A DNA stretch of 64,000 bases from Puniceicoccaceae bacterium. GTDB taxonomy: Bacteria; Verrucomicrobiota; Verrucomicrobiia; Opitutales; Oceanipulchritudinaceae. A model generated the notes under the pieces. It was not told the origin of the DNA and did no database searches. It saw nothing but the letters and a program-made list of their open reading frames with translations. Below, piece by piece: positions 52,948 to 62,515 of the stretch. Made by a program: the position numbers and the translations under genes. The first letter of the stretch is position 1, and every line of letters starts with the position of its first letter. The stretch is taken from assembly GCA_040830765.1 (NCBI GenBank), contig JBFOMH010000009.1, positions 1-64,000 of the forward strand, read 5' to 3'.

Positions 52948-54144
52948 TCAGAACCGGATTCCCAGCCCCGCATGGACGTAAATCTGTGAGCTGAAATCAA
53001 CCGTTGCTTCACGCTCCTCATTCATCTGGGTGTAGCTGCTGCCACTCTGGACCTGCATCCCGCTGAAGAGATTGATTCGCTCGGTGAGGAAATAATTAGC
53101 ACTGGCGTCGACATACCCACCCACTTGCCATTCGGCATCCTGGGTCGTGGTCAGGGCGCGGCTGGGATTCTCGCCCTCGAGGTCCAGCATGAGCATTTCA
53201 TAGGCCGAGAAACGGCCACTGACATAGAGCGCCGAGACACCCGCCCCAAGGTTGACCGCAAAGCGCCGCCCAATGCCGACGGAATACGTGGGTCCGGCAC
53301 GGACATTGTAGACGCTGGAGCGAAGGTCCGCTCGGGAGTCAACGGTCGCGCCCTCCGGAATCAGGTCTTCCGATTCCTCGGCGGCCAGCCAGACCAGCAG
53401 GTCACCCGAGTCCACATCGTCCCGGATCTGGTCCCCGACATAGGGATCCTGGGTGATGTTGCCATCCGCATCCTCGACGGGATCCGGGAGATCAGGCACA
53501 ATAGCCCCATTGGCCATCTGGTGCCTGAATTCCTGGACATAAAGATCAGCGTCGATGGTATCGTTGAAGCGGGAATCGAAACCAGTGAAGCTGAAGCCCA
53601 CCTGCACGCCCAGGTTCCGGCGCTGGTTAAGGTACTTGGTATAGCTGAGCTCCCACCCCATGGAACCACTTCCACTTCCCTCGAGAACGACATCAGCGGG
53701 AGAAAGGGCGGCGTAGCGGTGGAAGAGGAGAGCGCTTGGATCATTGGGATCCACCTGCTCCTCATTGAAATAGATGAAAGCCGAGGTCGCATCCGTATTG
53801 GATGAAGGAACAACGTCCTCACCCTCAACACCGCCTTCGACGAGCGTGGCGGAGATGTAGTCTTGCCGGAGCTCACCGTCATCATAAGAAATAACCCGTT
53901 CCTCCCCAGTGAAGATGTTGTTCTCCCGGGAGTAGGAATCCTGGAGCGGAATGGATCCAAAGTTGCCAAACTCGATATCCGGCGCCATCAGGTAGCGGAG
54001 CCGCAGCTCCAGGGTGACGTGCTTGGTCGGCGGTGGTGGCGGAACATACTTCGGCGCCTGGGCCATGACAATGGTGGGCAGGCCAAGGATTCCGACAGCG
54101 AGGAGCGGCGATGCCACTCGTTTATGAATATATGTAAAATTCAC
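52948..54144 (-). CDS. Uncharacterised outer membrane beta-barrel protein with large acidic loops
   Basis: Signal peptide from GTG 54144, amphipathic strands, C-terminal YVHAGLGIRF BAM-type signal. Confidence 0.78.
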   Translation of the reverse strand: MNFTYIHKRVASPLLAVGILGLPTIVMAQAPKYVPPPPPTKHVTLELRLRYLMAPDIEFGNFGSIPLQDSYSRENNIFTGEERVISYDDGELRQDYISATLVEGGVEGEDVVPSSNTDATSAFIYFNEEQVDPNDPSALLFHRYAALSPADVVLEGSGSGSMGWELSYTKYLNQRRNLGVQVGFSFTGFDSRFNDTIDADLYVQEFRHQMANGAIVPDLPDPVEDADGNITQDPYVGDQIRDDVDSGDLLVWLAAEESEDLIPEGATVDSRADLRSSVYNVRAGPTYSVGIGRRFAVNLGAGVSALYVSGRFSAYEMLMLDLEGENPSRALTTTQDAEWQVGGYVDASANYFLTERINLFSGMQVQSGSSYTQMNEEREATVDFSSQIYVHAGLGIRF

Positions 54145-54280
54145 GAGACTGAGTTCAATGAATGTTGACCATGGCATACCATTGTGACCCCCTCAGCCTG
54201 TCAAACACAATGCCATGGCAAATTTGGAATGACCGGATTTTCCTTTTGCTCGTGGGGGAATTTCATCATCATCTTGGAAA

Positions 54281-56101
54281 ATGATTGGTTGGGAAGAAGT
54301 CTTTGTCAGTCTGCTCCTGCTGGGGGCGCTGATCAGCTTTGTCTGGGAGAAAATTCCCACGGACATGACGGCGATCATCCTGTTTGGCATTCTCCTCGCG
54401 GCCAGCTTCCTGCCCGTACAATCGGCTTTGCCCGGAATGGAGGAGCTTCTGGGCGTCTTCTCGAATCCTGCTCCACTGGCCATTGCGGCACTCTTCATAT
54501 TGAGTGCTGCCTTGGAAAAGTGCGGCCTCATCGACATCCTGGCCCAGGTCTTGGAGAGGCTTACCAAACTGGGTTATCATGGGTTGCTGATTTTGATGAT
54601 CCTTCTGGTGGCCGTTGTTTCCGCCTTCATCAATAATACCCCAGTGGTGGTGATTTTCCTGCCGGTTATCCTGACGCTCTCCAAGAAAATCCAGACACCC
54701 GCGTCCAAGCTGCTCATTCCCCTGAGCTATGCCTCCATATTCGGTGGCGTGTGCACCCTTGTTGGAACCAGCACCAACATCCTCGCCAGCGGCATTATCC
54801 AGTCGGAGGGATTCCGCCCCCTGAGCATGTTCGAACTCAGCCGGGTCGGCATTCCCCTGATGCTCATCGGGACGCTATACCTGACTCTCTTTGCCCGCAA
54901 ACGACTACCCGTCCGGGAAACCCTGACTTCCATCCTCAGTGACGAGGAACGGAAGGAGTTCTTCACCGAGGCCTTTATTCGTCCAGACAGTCCGCTTATC
55001 GGTAAAAGCTTCAAGGGCAGTGACTTACAGAAGGCAAAAGGTATCCGGCTCCTGGAAATCATCCGCGACGGGGTGGCCGTCAAAGGAAATATCTACACCA
55101 CCAACCTGCATGCCGGGGACCGGCTGGTCCTCGCCTGCCGACCGAGTGGGTTTGTCCAGGCCCGTTCGGTGGAGGGACTGCGGCTGGCCGTGGAGGAGCG
55201 GGAAGGCCTGGAAACCATTTCCGCCCATGAGGGGGCCATCGTTGAAGGCGTTATTGGACCGCGGTCGACAATTGTTGGCCGGACCATCCATGAACTGAAT
55301 TTCCGCCAGCGCTTCCGGATGATCATCCTCGCCATCCACCGCAAGGGGATCAACATGCGCGAGCGGATCGATTCCCTTCCCCTCGAGGAAGGCGACACCA
55401 TCCTCATGATGGGAACCGATTCCGCCCGGGAACAAATCCGCCGGGGCGACGATATCCTGCTTCTTGACCGGCCACACACCTCCCCCAAGGACCTGCGTAA
55501 AAAAGCACCGGTTGTACTGGGGACAATGATTGGGGTCATCGTGATGGTATCCCTCAACATCATGCCCATCACAGCTGCGGCGATTATCGGTGTGGGCATT
55601 GTCCTCATGAGCGGCGTGCTACGACCCAAGGAAGCCTATGCCGCCATAGACTGGAGCATCCTCATCCTCATTTACGGCATGCTGGGCCTGGGGACGGCCA
55701 TGCAATCAACCGGGGCCTCCGGGCATGTAGCCCTCCTGCTGGCCTCCCTGCAGAACCTGAACCTGCCCGGGATGTGGAACATGATCCTGATCCTGGCCTG
55801 CCTTTATCTCGCCACCTCCTTCCTGACGGAGATCCTTTCCAACAATGCCACAGTTGTCCTGATGGCGCCCATTGCCCTGCAACTGGGAGCCACACTGGGG
55901 GTGGACCCGCGTCCCTTTATCATCGCCGTCTGTATCGCCAGTTCAGCCAGCTTCTCAACACCCATCGGTTACCAGACCAATACCTATGTCTATTCGGTGG
56001 GAGGATACCGCTTCGCCGACTTCATTCGCATCGGGCTTCCGCTTAACATCATCTATCTGACCGGAACAGTTGCGCTTGTTCCATTCCTGTGGAATTTCTA
56101 G
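54281..56101 (+). CDS. SLC13 family permease with two TrkA-C domains
   Basis: SAFINNTPVV, LLIPLSYAS, TLVGTSTN, central RCK-C repeats, SNNAT, TPIGYQTN. Confidence 0.93.
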   Translation: MIGWEEVFVSLLLLGALISFVWEKIPTDMTAIILFGILLAASFLPVQSALPGMEELLGVFSNPAPLAIAALFILSAALEKCGLIDILAQVLERLTKLGYHGLLILMILLVAVVSAFINNTPVVVIFLPVILTLSKKIQTPASKLLIPLSYASIFGGVCTLVGTSTNILASGIIQSEGFRPLSMFELSRVGIPLMLIGTLYLTLFARKRLPVRETLTSILSDEERKEFFTEAFIRPDSPLIGKSFKGSDLQKAKGIRLLEIIRDGVAVKGNIYTTNLHAGDRLVLACRPSGFVQARSVEGLRLAVEEREGLETISAHEGAIVEGVIGPRSTIVGRTIHELNFRQRFRMIILAIHRKGINMRERIDSLPLEEGDTILMMGTDSAREQIRRGDDILLLDRPHTSPKDLRKKAPVVLGTMIGVIVMVSLNIMPITAAAIIGVGIVLMSGVLRPKEAYAAIDWSILILIYGMLGLGTAMQSTGASGHVALLLASLQNLNLPGMWNMILILACLYLATSFLTEILSNNATVVLMAPIALQLGATLGVDPRPFIIAVCIASSASFSTPIGYQTNTYVYSVGGYRFADFIRIGLPLNIIYLTGTVALVPFLWNF

Positions 56102-56107
56102 GGCGTT

Positions 56108-56911
56108 ATGCCTGAACTGGCCGAGGTTGAATACTACCGCAAGCAATGGTCGCCGGGGATTGGCCAGCGGGTCAATCGGGTCCGGGTCCATCCCAAGGCA
56201 CGGATATACCGGGATTCCCCGGCCCGCATGCTCCAGTCGGGTCTAAAGGGAACCCGCCTTGAGCATTCGGAGGCACACGGCAAGCAGATGTGTTTCCGGT
56301 TCTCCGGTGGATGCTGGCTGGGCGTTCATCTTGGCATGTCCGGGCACCTGCAGACAGCCGCTCCGGAAATTGTCCCGGCCCGGCACGAGCACCTCGTTCT
56401 GGTCATGGAAGACGTCGCCCTTGTCCTGGAGGACCCCCGCATGTTTGGAAAAGTCCTTTTTCACAAGGGTGAGGCGGCCCCGGCATGGTGGGACAACCTC
56501 CCGCCGCAACCGCAGGATGCAGCCTTTGACCGGGCGCGTCTCCGGGGGATCCTCAAGCGCCATCCGCGCAGGCCTCTCAAGGCCCTTCTGCTCGACCAGC
56601 AAGCCTTCCCGGGCATTGGGAACTGGATGGCGGATGAAATCCTCTGGCGGTCCCGAATTCATCCAGCCGCCACGGCCAATTCCCTCAGCCCATGGAATAC
56701 ACGTCGCTTGTTCGAGATAATAAAGGCCGTGGCAGAGGATGCCATGGCCGTTATTGGAACGGATTGGGGCGATCCGCCAGACGATTGGCTTTTCAACCAC
56801 CGCTGGCGCAAGGGGGGAGTGTGTCCGGTCAGCGGGAAGCCGTTGGTTTATGAAACCATCGGCGGCCGGACAACCTGTTACTCCCCGGCAATCCAGAAGG
56901 AAAAACGATAG
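56108..56911 (+). CDS. Fpg/Nei family DNA glycosylase/AP lyase
   Basis: N-terminal PELAEVE, HGK, HLGMSG, DPRMFG, H2TH KALLLDQ..FPGIGNWMADE. Confidence 0.9.
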   Translation: MPELAEVEYYRKQWSPGIGQRVNRVRVHPKARIYRDSPARMLQSGLKGTRLEHSEAHGKQMCFRFSGGCWLGVHLGMSGHLQTAAPEIVPARHEHLVLVMEDVALVLEDPRMFGKVLFHKGEAAPAWWDNLPPQPQDAAFDRARLRGILKRHPRRPLKALLLDQQAFPGIGNWMADEILWRSRIHPAATANSLSPWNTRRLFEIIKAVAEDAMAVIGTDWGDPPDDWLFNHRWRKGGVCPVSGKPLVYETIGGRTTCYSPAIQKEKR

Positions 56912-56947
56912 AAATTGGGTAAAGGGGCCGCTTGAGGCGGACTCAGC

Positions 56948-59647
56948 GTGGCGGTTTATTCCGTAGACGTGGTGAATGCACTCTATCCCAGATCCGTGCT
57001 CCTGTTGCTTTGCCTGACCGCTGACTTCTGCTGCATGGGCATCCTCCCGATGCGGGATCAGTGGAAGGCGGCGATTGGAGCATTGGCTAATGGACAGGCG
57101 CAGCTGGCCCTGGAGAAATTCCGGGAATTTGACCATTGGTATGGGCAGGAATCCGCGGCCAGGGAGCGTGATTTCAGGATCAATCAACTTCGGTTGTGGG
57201 GACTGGCGGCCCTGCAGGCCGGTGAGCAGGATGAAGGCCTGCCTCTGCTTCTGGAATGGTTGCAGATTACAGATGAAGAGGCGCCGTACCGTGCCTTTAT
57301 TCGCTTCCAGGTGGCAATGGCTTACCGCATCCAGGGTGACGGCACCTCGGCTGTCGACCACTGGCGGGCTTTCCTCTCGGAGCATCCCCAGCTTCCGGAG
57401 ACGGCACTTGTCCGCTGGATGTGGGCGGACCAGCTTCTGGCTGAAGCGAAGCTCGGGGAGGCCCGTGCCCAATTGGAAACAATCATTGAGGAGAACCTGC
57501 TTTCCAAACCTGGCCGGAACCTGGCACGGGCTGCACTCGCACTTGTCTGCATTAGCATGGGAGATGGTCCGTCCGCGGTCATCCAACTGGGGCATTCAGA
57601 TGGCCAACCGGACACTCAGGGTCCGGCCCAAGTTTGGAAAGCCCTACTCGCTCCATCCCTGGTTCAAGACTTGCTGGAAGCGGAACCGGAACTGGCGCAA
57701 CGCGTGTCCGGGTGGTTTGACCGACCTGATAACCTGCAACAGAAAGTTCTACCATTCATCGAGGCTGTAAGCGAGACAGCTGGAAATATCCGGCAGGTCG
57801 TCTGGGGAAGCCACTGGAAAGCCCAATTGAACCGCCTTCAAAGTGCCATCAAGGAGTCCAGTGGCTCAGGGAATGGCATGGAAGCGCTCTTCCGCTTGAG
57901 GCTGCGAGCGCTCCTCAAGAGTAACCTCTTTGCAGAGGCCCTTTACCTGTCCGAGTTCCTCCTGCAATCCCGGATGCCAGCCGCGGGGCGGTTGCGGGCT
58001 GATTGTCACGCCGCTGCCATCGAAGCCTGCTTGAACCTTGCCTTTTGGGACAAGGCTGACGACTTCGCATCGACCTTCATCAAGGACTATCCGGAGGACC
58101 CCGGTTTACCGGACATTCTGTTTCTCAAGGCACGAATTGCCGCTGAAAGGAAGGCCTTCATGGCAGCGGTGCAACAAGTGGATGCCCTTTTGAATGCCCG
58201 GCCAGACCATGCGTCAGCCTTGGCATGGCAGTTGACCGCCGCCGGTTGGCTGCTTGATGGCGGTGAAGCCGGACCGGCTCTGGAACGCTATGAAGAGCTC
58301 CTTGAAAAGTCTCCCCTGGCATGGCAACCTCTGATCCATCTCCAGCGGTCGCGGTGCCTCGATAAGTCAGGGAAAGTCGTGGCGGCGAAGGCCCTCCTGG
58401 AGCAAGTCACGGATGACCCGTTGGCTTCCAGTCTCCTCAAGGAACAGGCCTTTGTGGTCTGGCTGGGCATCACCGTGCGGGGTATCGAAGTTGAGGAGTT
58501 TCAATTCGTCTTGAATCTCTATCGTCGGTCGTTTCCGGCTGGCTTCAACCGCTTGATGGTGGAGAACCTGGCGGGGACATTTGCCGGCTTAAGCGGGGAT
58601 CCGGTCACAGCGGAAAAAATCTTCACTGTGGTATCGGGCGAGAGCCATCCTGCCACTGCCTATGCCCATGAGCAACTCTCCTTGATTTATCGACAGGAGA
58701 AGAACTTTCCCTCCTTGCGCAAGCATGCCCGGAGATGGATTGGCCAAACCCAGCGCGACAATCTGCCCATTCCCAAAGTCGCGATGGAGGACTGTCGACT
58801 GTATCAAATTTCGGAGGGAGAGCCCGCCCTCGGCAAGGCACTGCTGGAGACCCTGATGGAGCAGATGGAGACGGGCCAACCCACCCTTCCGGGAATGCTC
58901 CTCCTCGCTATCCTGGAGGACCAGTGGGAATCCTACTCAATCCTTCTTGGCCGAAACGGCCTTGCCTTCGCCAGCTGGCTGCAGGACAAGCGCAACCTGT
59001 TTTCCAGAAACGAAAGGTGGCTTCCCTACGCGCAGTGCCTCCTTTTCGAGGCAGACCAGCTGGAGTCACTCGGGCGTATCGACTCAGCCGATACACGCCG
59101 CATAGAAGTGATCAGGTCGGTCAACCCGGACATGCTCAACGCCAGCAGCCTTCATACGGTCGCTAAAACCGCGGACAAGTATGATTTCCCCGAGGGAGTT
59201 CCCCTTCTGGAACAATTCCTCAAGCAGTTTCCAGATGACCAGCTGAGACCGGATGTCCTGTACCGCCTGGCTATGCGCTGGCGCCATTCCGGGCAACGGG
59301 AACGTGCAGAGGCGTTGCTGACAGAAGTCCTCACCCAGTGGACGGATGCCTCCATCCATCCGGAAGCCTGCCTCCTTTTGGCTACATGGGCCCTCGACGC
59401 GGGGCAACCGTCCCGTGCAACAAGTACCTTGAAGGTCCTGCTCGAAAAAGCTGGATTGCCGCCAGCCTTAACAGCGAGGGCTATGCTTCTGCGGGCGCAA
59501 AGCGACTTTCTCATGAACAACCCGGAAAGGGGGCGTCTGGGATGCCAGCGAATTCTTGCCCTCTATCCGGCATTCGGGGACATCACCGCCAGGGCACAAG
59601 CCCTGTTAGAGGAAAACATATTAATCGGAGACGTCGATGAGGTCTGA
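56948..59647 (+). CDS. Large exported TPR-like repeat protein
   Basis: Hydrophobic N-terminus, repeated helical units (FLSEHP, FIKDYP, FLKQFP, ILALYP); start uncertain (GTG 56948, 56969 or 56972). Confidence 0.75.
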   Translation: MAVYSVDVVNALYPRSVLLLLCLTADFCCMGILPMRDQWKAAIGALANGQAQLALEKFREFDHWYGQESAARERDFRINQLRLWGLAALQAGEQDEGLPLLLEWLQITDEEAPYRAFIRFQVAMAYRIQGDGTSAVDHWRAFLSEHPQLPETALVRWMWADQLLAEAKLGEARAQLETIIEENLLSKPGRNLARAALALVCISMGDGPSAVIQLGHSDGQPDTQGPAQVWKALLAPSLVQDLLEAEPELAQRVSGWFDRPDNLQQKVLPFIEAVSETAGNIRQVVWGSHWKAQLNRLQSAIKESSGSGNGMEALFRLRLRALLKSNLFAEALYLSEFLLQSRMPAAGRLRADCHAAAIEACLNLAFWDKADDFASTFIKDYPEDPGLPDILFLKARIAAERKAFMAAVQQVDALLNARPDHASALAWQLTAAGWLLDGGEAGPALERYEELLEKSPLAWQPLIHLQRSRCLDKSGKVVAAKALLEQVTDDPLASSLLKEQAFVVWLGITVRGIEVEEFQFVLNLYRRSFPAGFNRLMVENLAGTFAGLSGDPVTAEKIFTVVSGESHPATAYAHEQLSLIYRQEKNFPSLRKHARRWIGQTQRDNLPIPKVAMEDCRLYQISEGEPALGKALLETLMEQMETGQPTLPGMLLLAILEDQWESYSILLGRNGLAFASWLQDKRNLFSRNERWLPYAQCLLFEADQLESLGRIDSADTRRIEVIRSVNPDMLNASSLHTVAKTADKYDFPEGVPLLEQFLKQFPDDQLRPDVLYRLAMRWRHSGQRERAEALLTEVLTQWTDASIHPEACLLLATWALDAGQPSRATSTLKVLLEKAGLPPALTARAMLLRAQSDFLMNNPERGRLGCQRILALYPAFGDITARAQALLEENILIGDVDEV

Positions 59648-60326
59648 AAAATTGATAGTGGCAGCAACCCTGTTCCTGGCCATCACAGTTGCCGCAGAGG
59701 CACTTCAGATCTCGGGGGTAACCAAGGAAGGGATGTCCTTTGCCGGTAACCTGATTTCGACGGCGGAAACTGAATTACTCCTCGAGAGAGAGCGCGGTGC
59801 GGCAACCACCCAATTGGGCATTCCCCTCGATTCCATTGCCAGCATTAGCTTGGTGGAGTCAGCCCAGGACCCACTTCTGGCAATGGAAGCGTTTCCGCAC
59901 CTGCTTGATTTTCTGGATGAGGCTTCAAGAAAGAGGTTGCTGAAGGCCGTGGTTGAATCGGTGGAATTGGGTGATTGGTCATCGGGCTACCATTGGACTT
60001 CACAACTCCTCCAGTTGGAGTGGACTAGAGAAACCGAGATGCTCCTTGGTATTTACCGGGCATGGTGCCTTTTTGAAATGGGTCTGTTTGGAGCATCCCA
60101 CGAGGCCACCCTGAAAATTGCCGAAGAGATCGACCCGATGGAGGCCTCTGCGAGGTTCTGCTGGTTAATGGCACACCTGGCGGTGAAGGCCGGAGAGGTT
60201 GCTGAGGCAAGGAAATGGATCAGCCTCCCGACACTGCAGATCCCATCAAGGACAAATGCCCTGGCGATTGAACTGCAATCCCTGCTTATGGAAACAGGCC
60301 CCAGCCGGAGGAGAGCCGTCCCATGA
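59637..60326 (+). CDS. Exported hypothetical protein (small beta domain plus TPR-like helices)
   Basis: Signal peptide, TKEG.SF.G.L...IPLDSIASI beta module, helical C-terminus; overlaps both neighbours. Confidence 0.65.
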   Translation: MRSEKLIVAATLFLAITVAAEALQISGVTKEGMSFAGNLISTAETELLLERERGAATTQLGIPLDSIASISLVESAQDPLLAMEAFPHLLDFLDEASRKRLLKAVVESVELGDWSSGYHWTSQLLQLEWTRETEMLLGIYRAWCLFEMGLFGASHEATLKIAEEIDPMEASARFCWLMAHLAVKAGEVAEARKWISLPTLQIPSRTNALAIELQSLLMETGPSRRRAVP

Positions 60327-60880
60327 ACACCACTCTTTATGAACTTCTCCAGCAAGGCGGCTGGGCCATGTTCCCCCTCGGGAGCCTGTCGCTCGCCTTG
60401 TTCGCCCTGATACTTTTCACGTGGATACAGACCTCACGCGGCCATTACGGTCTAAGGCCCTCCCGGTGGACCGAGCTCCCCGTGGGCCGCCAACTCCTTG
60501 GGCGGGCTTCGGAATTGGAAAGCGAGGCCCGTGGGACCTTCATCGATGAACAAAGTACAATCATCGAGGCCAATACATTGAGATGGATCCAGTACCTTAA
60601 TGTCATCGCCACCATCGCCCCAATGGTTGGACTGCTGGGAACCGTCAGTGGCATGATCGGGGCCTTCCAGACAATCGCCACCGGAGGAATGGGTAAGCCC
60701 GAGTTGTTGGCTGGCGACATCGGAGAAGCCCTCATAACAACGGCTACCGGCCTGACAATCGGTATCCCGGCCATGATATTCTACTTCGTGCTCAGGAACC
60801 GGCTCGACTCAAGATTGGAAGAGCTGGTGGACTGGCTGAGCCGGGAACTGGAAACGGCGGAGAAGCCTAGTCAAAATTGA
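60323..60880 (+). CDS. MotA/TolQ/ExbB proton channel family protein
   Basis: GGWAM.PL, IAPMVGLLGTVSGMI.AF, IGEALITTATGL.IGIPA. Confidence 0.92.
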   Translation: MNTTLYELLQQGGWAMFPLGSLSLALFALILFTWIQTSRGHYGLRPSRWTELPVGRQLLGRASELESEARGTFIDEQSTIIEANTLRWIQYLNVIATIAPMVGLLGTVSGMIGAFQTIATGGMGKPELLAGDIGEALITTATGLTIGIPAMIFYFVLRNRLDSRLEELVDWLSRELETAEKPSQN

Positions 60881-61610
60881 AAGGCTGCCGGACAGCCACC
60901 AGGGCGGGTTTACCATTCCGCTTCGGCGGGGCAAAACGCGTTTCCTCCAAAGTCTTCAGCACGCTCAAGGTGAGGTACTTATTATCGCTGGTAAGGACCT
61001 TCGGCATATGCACATGGCCTTGGTGGTCAATGTAGTACTTGACGACCACTTTCCCTTTGGGCGCACCCTCTTCCGGAGGATGAACAAGATAGAGCTTCGA
61101 CTCAAGAATCTGCAACGGTTCGTCGAGCTCCTTGGGATTGCACTCCCCGTATCGGTAGCTGGCAGCATTGGCCTCATATAAGCGCCGCTCCACCGCGTCG
61201 GAGACGGAGCCTCCCTGTGGAGCACCAACGAGGCCACGCTTCCAGGCCCTCTGTTCGAGATCATAGAAAGTTACGATGACAGTTATTTTCCCAGGGACCG
61301 GTTCTCCCTTCAGGGAAGCCGGTTCGAATTTTGCCTCGAGTATTTTCTCCTCCGCTTTCGACAATAGCCCAAAATGGGTCGCTTCGACTGCCAAAGCATC
61401 AAGTATCTGGCCGTTGGGGCCGACCTTTACATGGAATGCGACCCGTGGATTTTCCATCAGGAGATGCCTAAGATCGTTCGGCAAGGTGGTTTCCAGGGGA
61501 TTGATCAACCTGACCGGCGTGTAGTCTGCAGAAGAAGCCTGCAGATTAGCGATTCCCGCAAACAAAGTAACAGCAGCCAGCAGGACCGAATGTCTGACCG
61601 ATATCTTCAT
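60867..61610 (-). CDS. TonB family protein with two TonB C-terminal-like domains
   Basis: Signal/anchor from ATG 61610; V...GQI...KFEPA..KGEPV and GKVVV.YYID..G.V...RFAPP.RNGKP. Confidence 0.82.
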   Translation of the reverse strand: MKISVRHSVLLAAVTLFAGIANLQASSADYTPVRLINPLETTLPNDLRHLLMENPRVAFHVKVGPNGQILDALAVEATHFGLLSKAEEKILEAKFEPASLKGEPVPGKITVIVTFYDLEQRAWKRGLVGAPQGGSVSDAVERRLYEANAASYRYGECNPKELDEPLQILESKLYLVHPPEEGAPKGKVVVKYYIDHQGHVHMPKVLTSDNKYLTLSVLKTLEETRFAPPKRNGKPALVAVRQPFNFD

Positions 61611-61678
61611 ATCATACACGCTAGCACCAGTTGGTGCCGGTGGCAAATACTATCGACCAGATGGAAAGTCGCCGAATC

Positions 61679-62371
61679 CTAGGAATCGACGTTCGGGAGG
61701 GCATCCACACCAAGCCGATCCCGGAGGGAGTTCGCCTTGAAGGCCCAAAATGGGGCCGAATCCAGCTGGAGGATAATGTCCGTGGCCTCAATGGCCTTCT
61801 CCGTTTCACCAGCTTCCCAATGTGAGATGGCGAGATGGTAAGCGGCTTCACCGCGGGTCTGGTCAAGGGCTGAGGAATCACGGGCCACCGCCTCAAGAAC
61901 TCCCCGTCCCGATTCGGTTTGACCCGCTTGCAGCAGGCTCATGCCCTGCCCCAGAATGGCGCGGGAAACAAGGGTTGCATCGACAAAGACCTTGGCTGAT
62001 TCCGCGTAGAAGCTGGCTGCTTCCTCAAAGGCTCCTTCATCATAACGGGCATCTGCGACTTGCAACTGGGCTAAAGCGGCCAGTTGATGGTCTCCGTGAC
62101 TGCCGGCAAATTCCAGTTTTGCATCCGGCGTCGCGGCGAGGCTGAATTCCTCACGGATTGATTCTTCCTTCTTGTCACCGAAATACTGCACCAGCTGGAT
62201 GCCGATGACGATAGCTGCCCCGATGGCGATACCACCAAAAATACCGGTCCCGTTCTTCTTCCAGAAATCGTTGAAACGCTCCTCGATATCCGCATCGGGT
62301 GGGAGCTCGCTGTCCGGATCCAGGTGAGGAGGGAGTTCGGGCTGCTTGGGGTCCTTCTTGTCTTTGCTCAT
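61679..62371 (-). CDS. YfgM-like single-TM TPR protein
   Basis: Start ATG 62371; ERFNDFWKKN plus one TM, then TPR-like helices. Confidence 0.7.
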   Translation of the reverse strand: MSKDKKDPKQPELPPHLDPDSELPPDADIEERFNDFWKKNGTGIFGGIAIGAAIVIGIQLVQYFGDKKEESIREEFSLAATPDAKLEFAGSHGDHQLAALAQLQVADARYDEGAFEEAASFYAESAKVFVDATLVSRAILGQGMSLLQAGQTESGRGVLEAVARDSSALDQTRGEAAYHLAISHWEAGETEKAIEATDIILQLDSAPFWAFKANSLRDRLGVDALPNVDS

Positions 62372-62447
62372 GATTTTGAAAATTGGAAAGTGGAGAGGAA
62401 GACGGTTCAAGGCAAAAGGTCAAATCCATTCAATGCCGCCACCAGAC

Positions 62448-62488
62448 AAAAAAAGAGCGGAGCAGGCCCATGAAGGGCCCACCCCGCT
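62448..62488 (-). terminator. Rho-independent terminator of the secreted-protein gene
   Basis: Minus strand AGCGGGGTGGGCCC-TTCAT-GGGCCTGCTCCGCT (14 bp with GU pairs) followed by CTTTTTTT. Confidence 0.85.
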
Positions 62489-62515
62489 GAATGATTTGTG
62501 TATGAAGAGAGTAGC

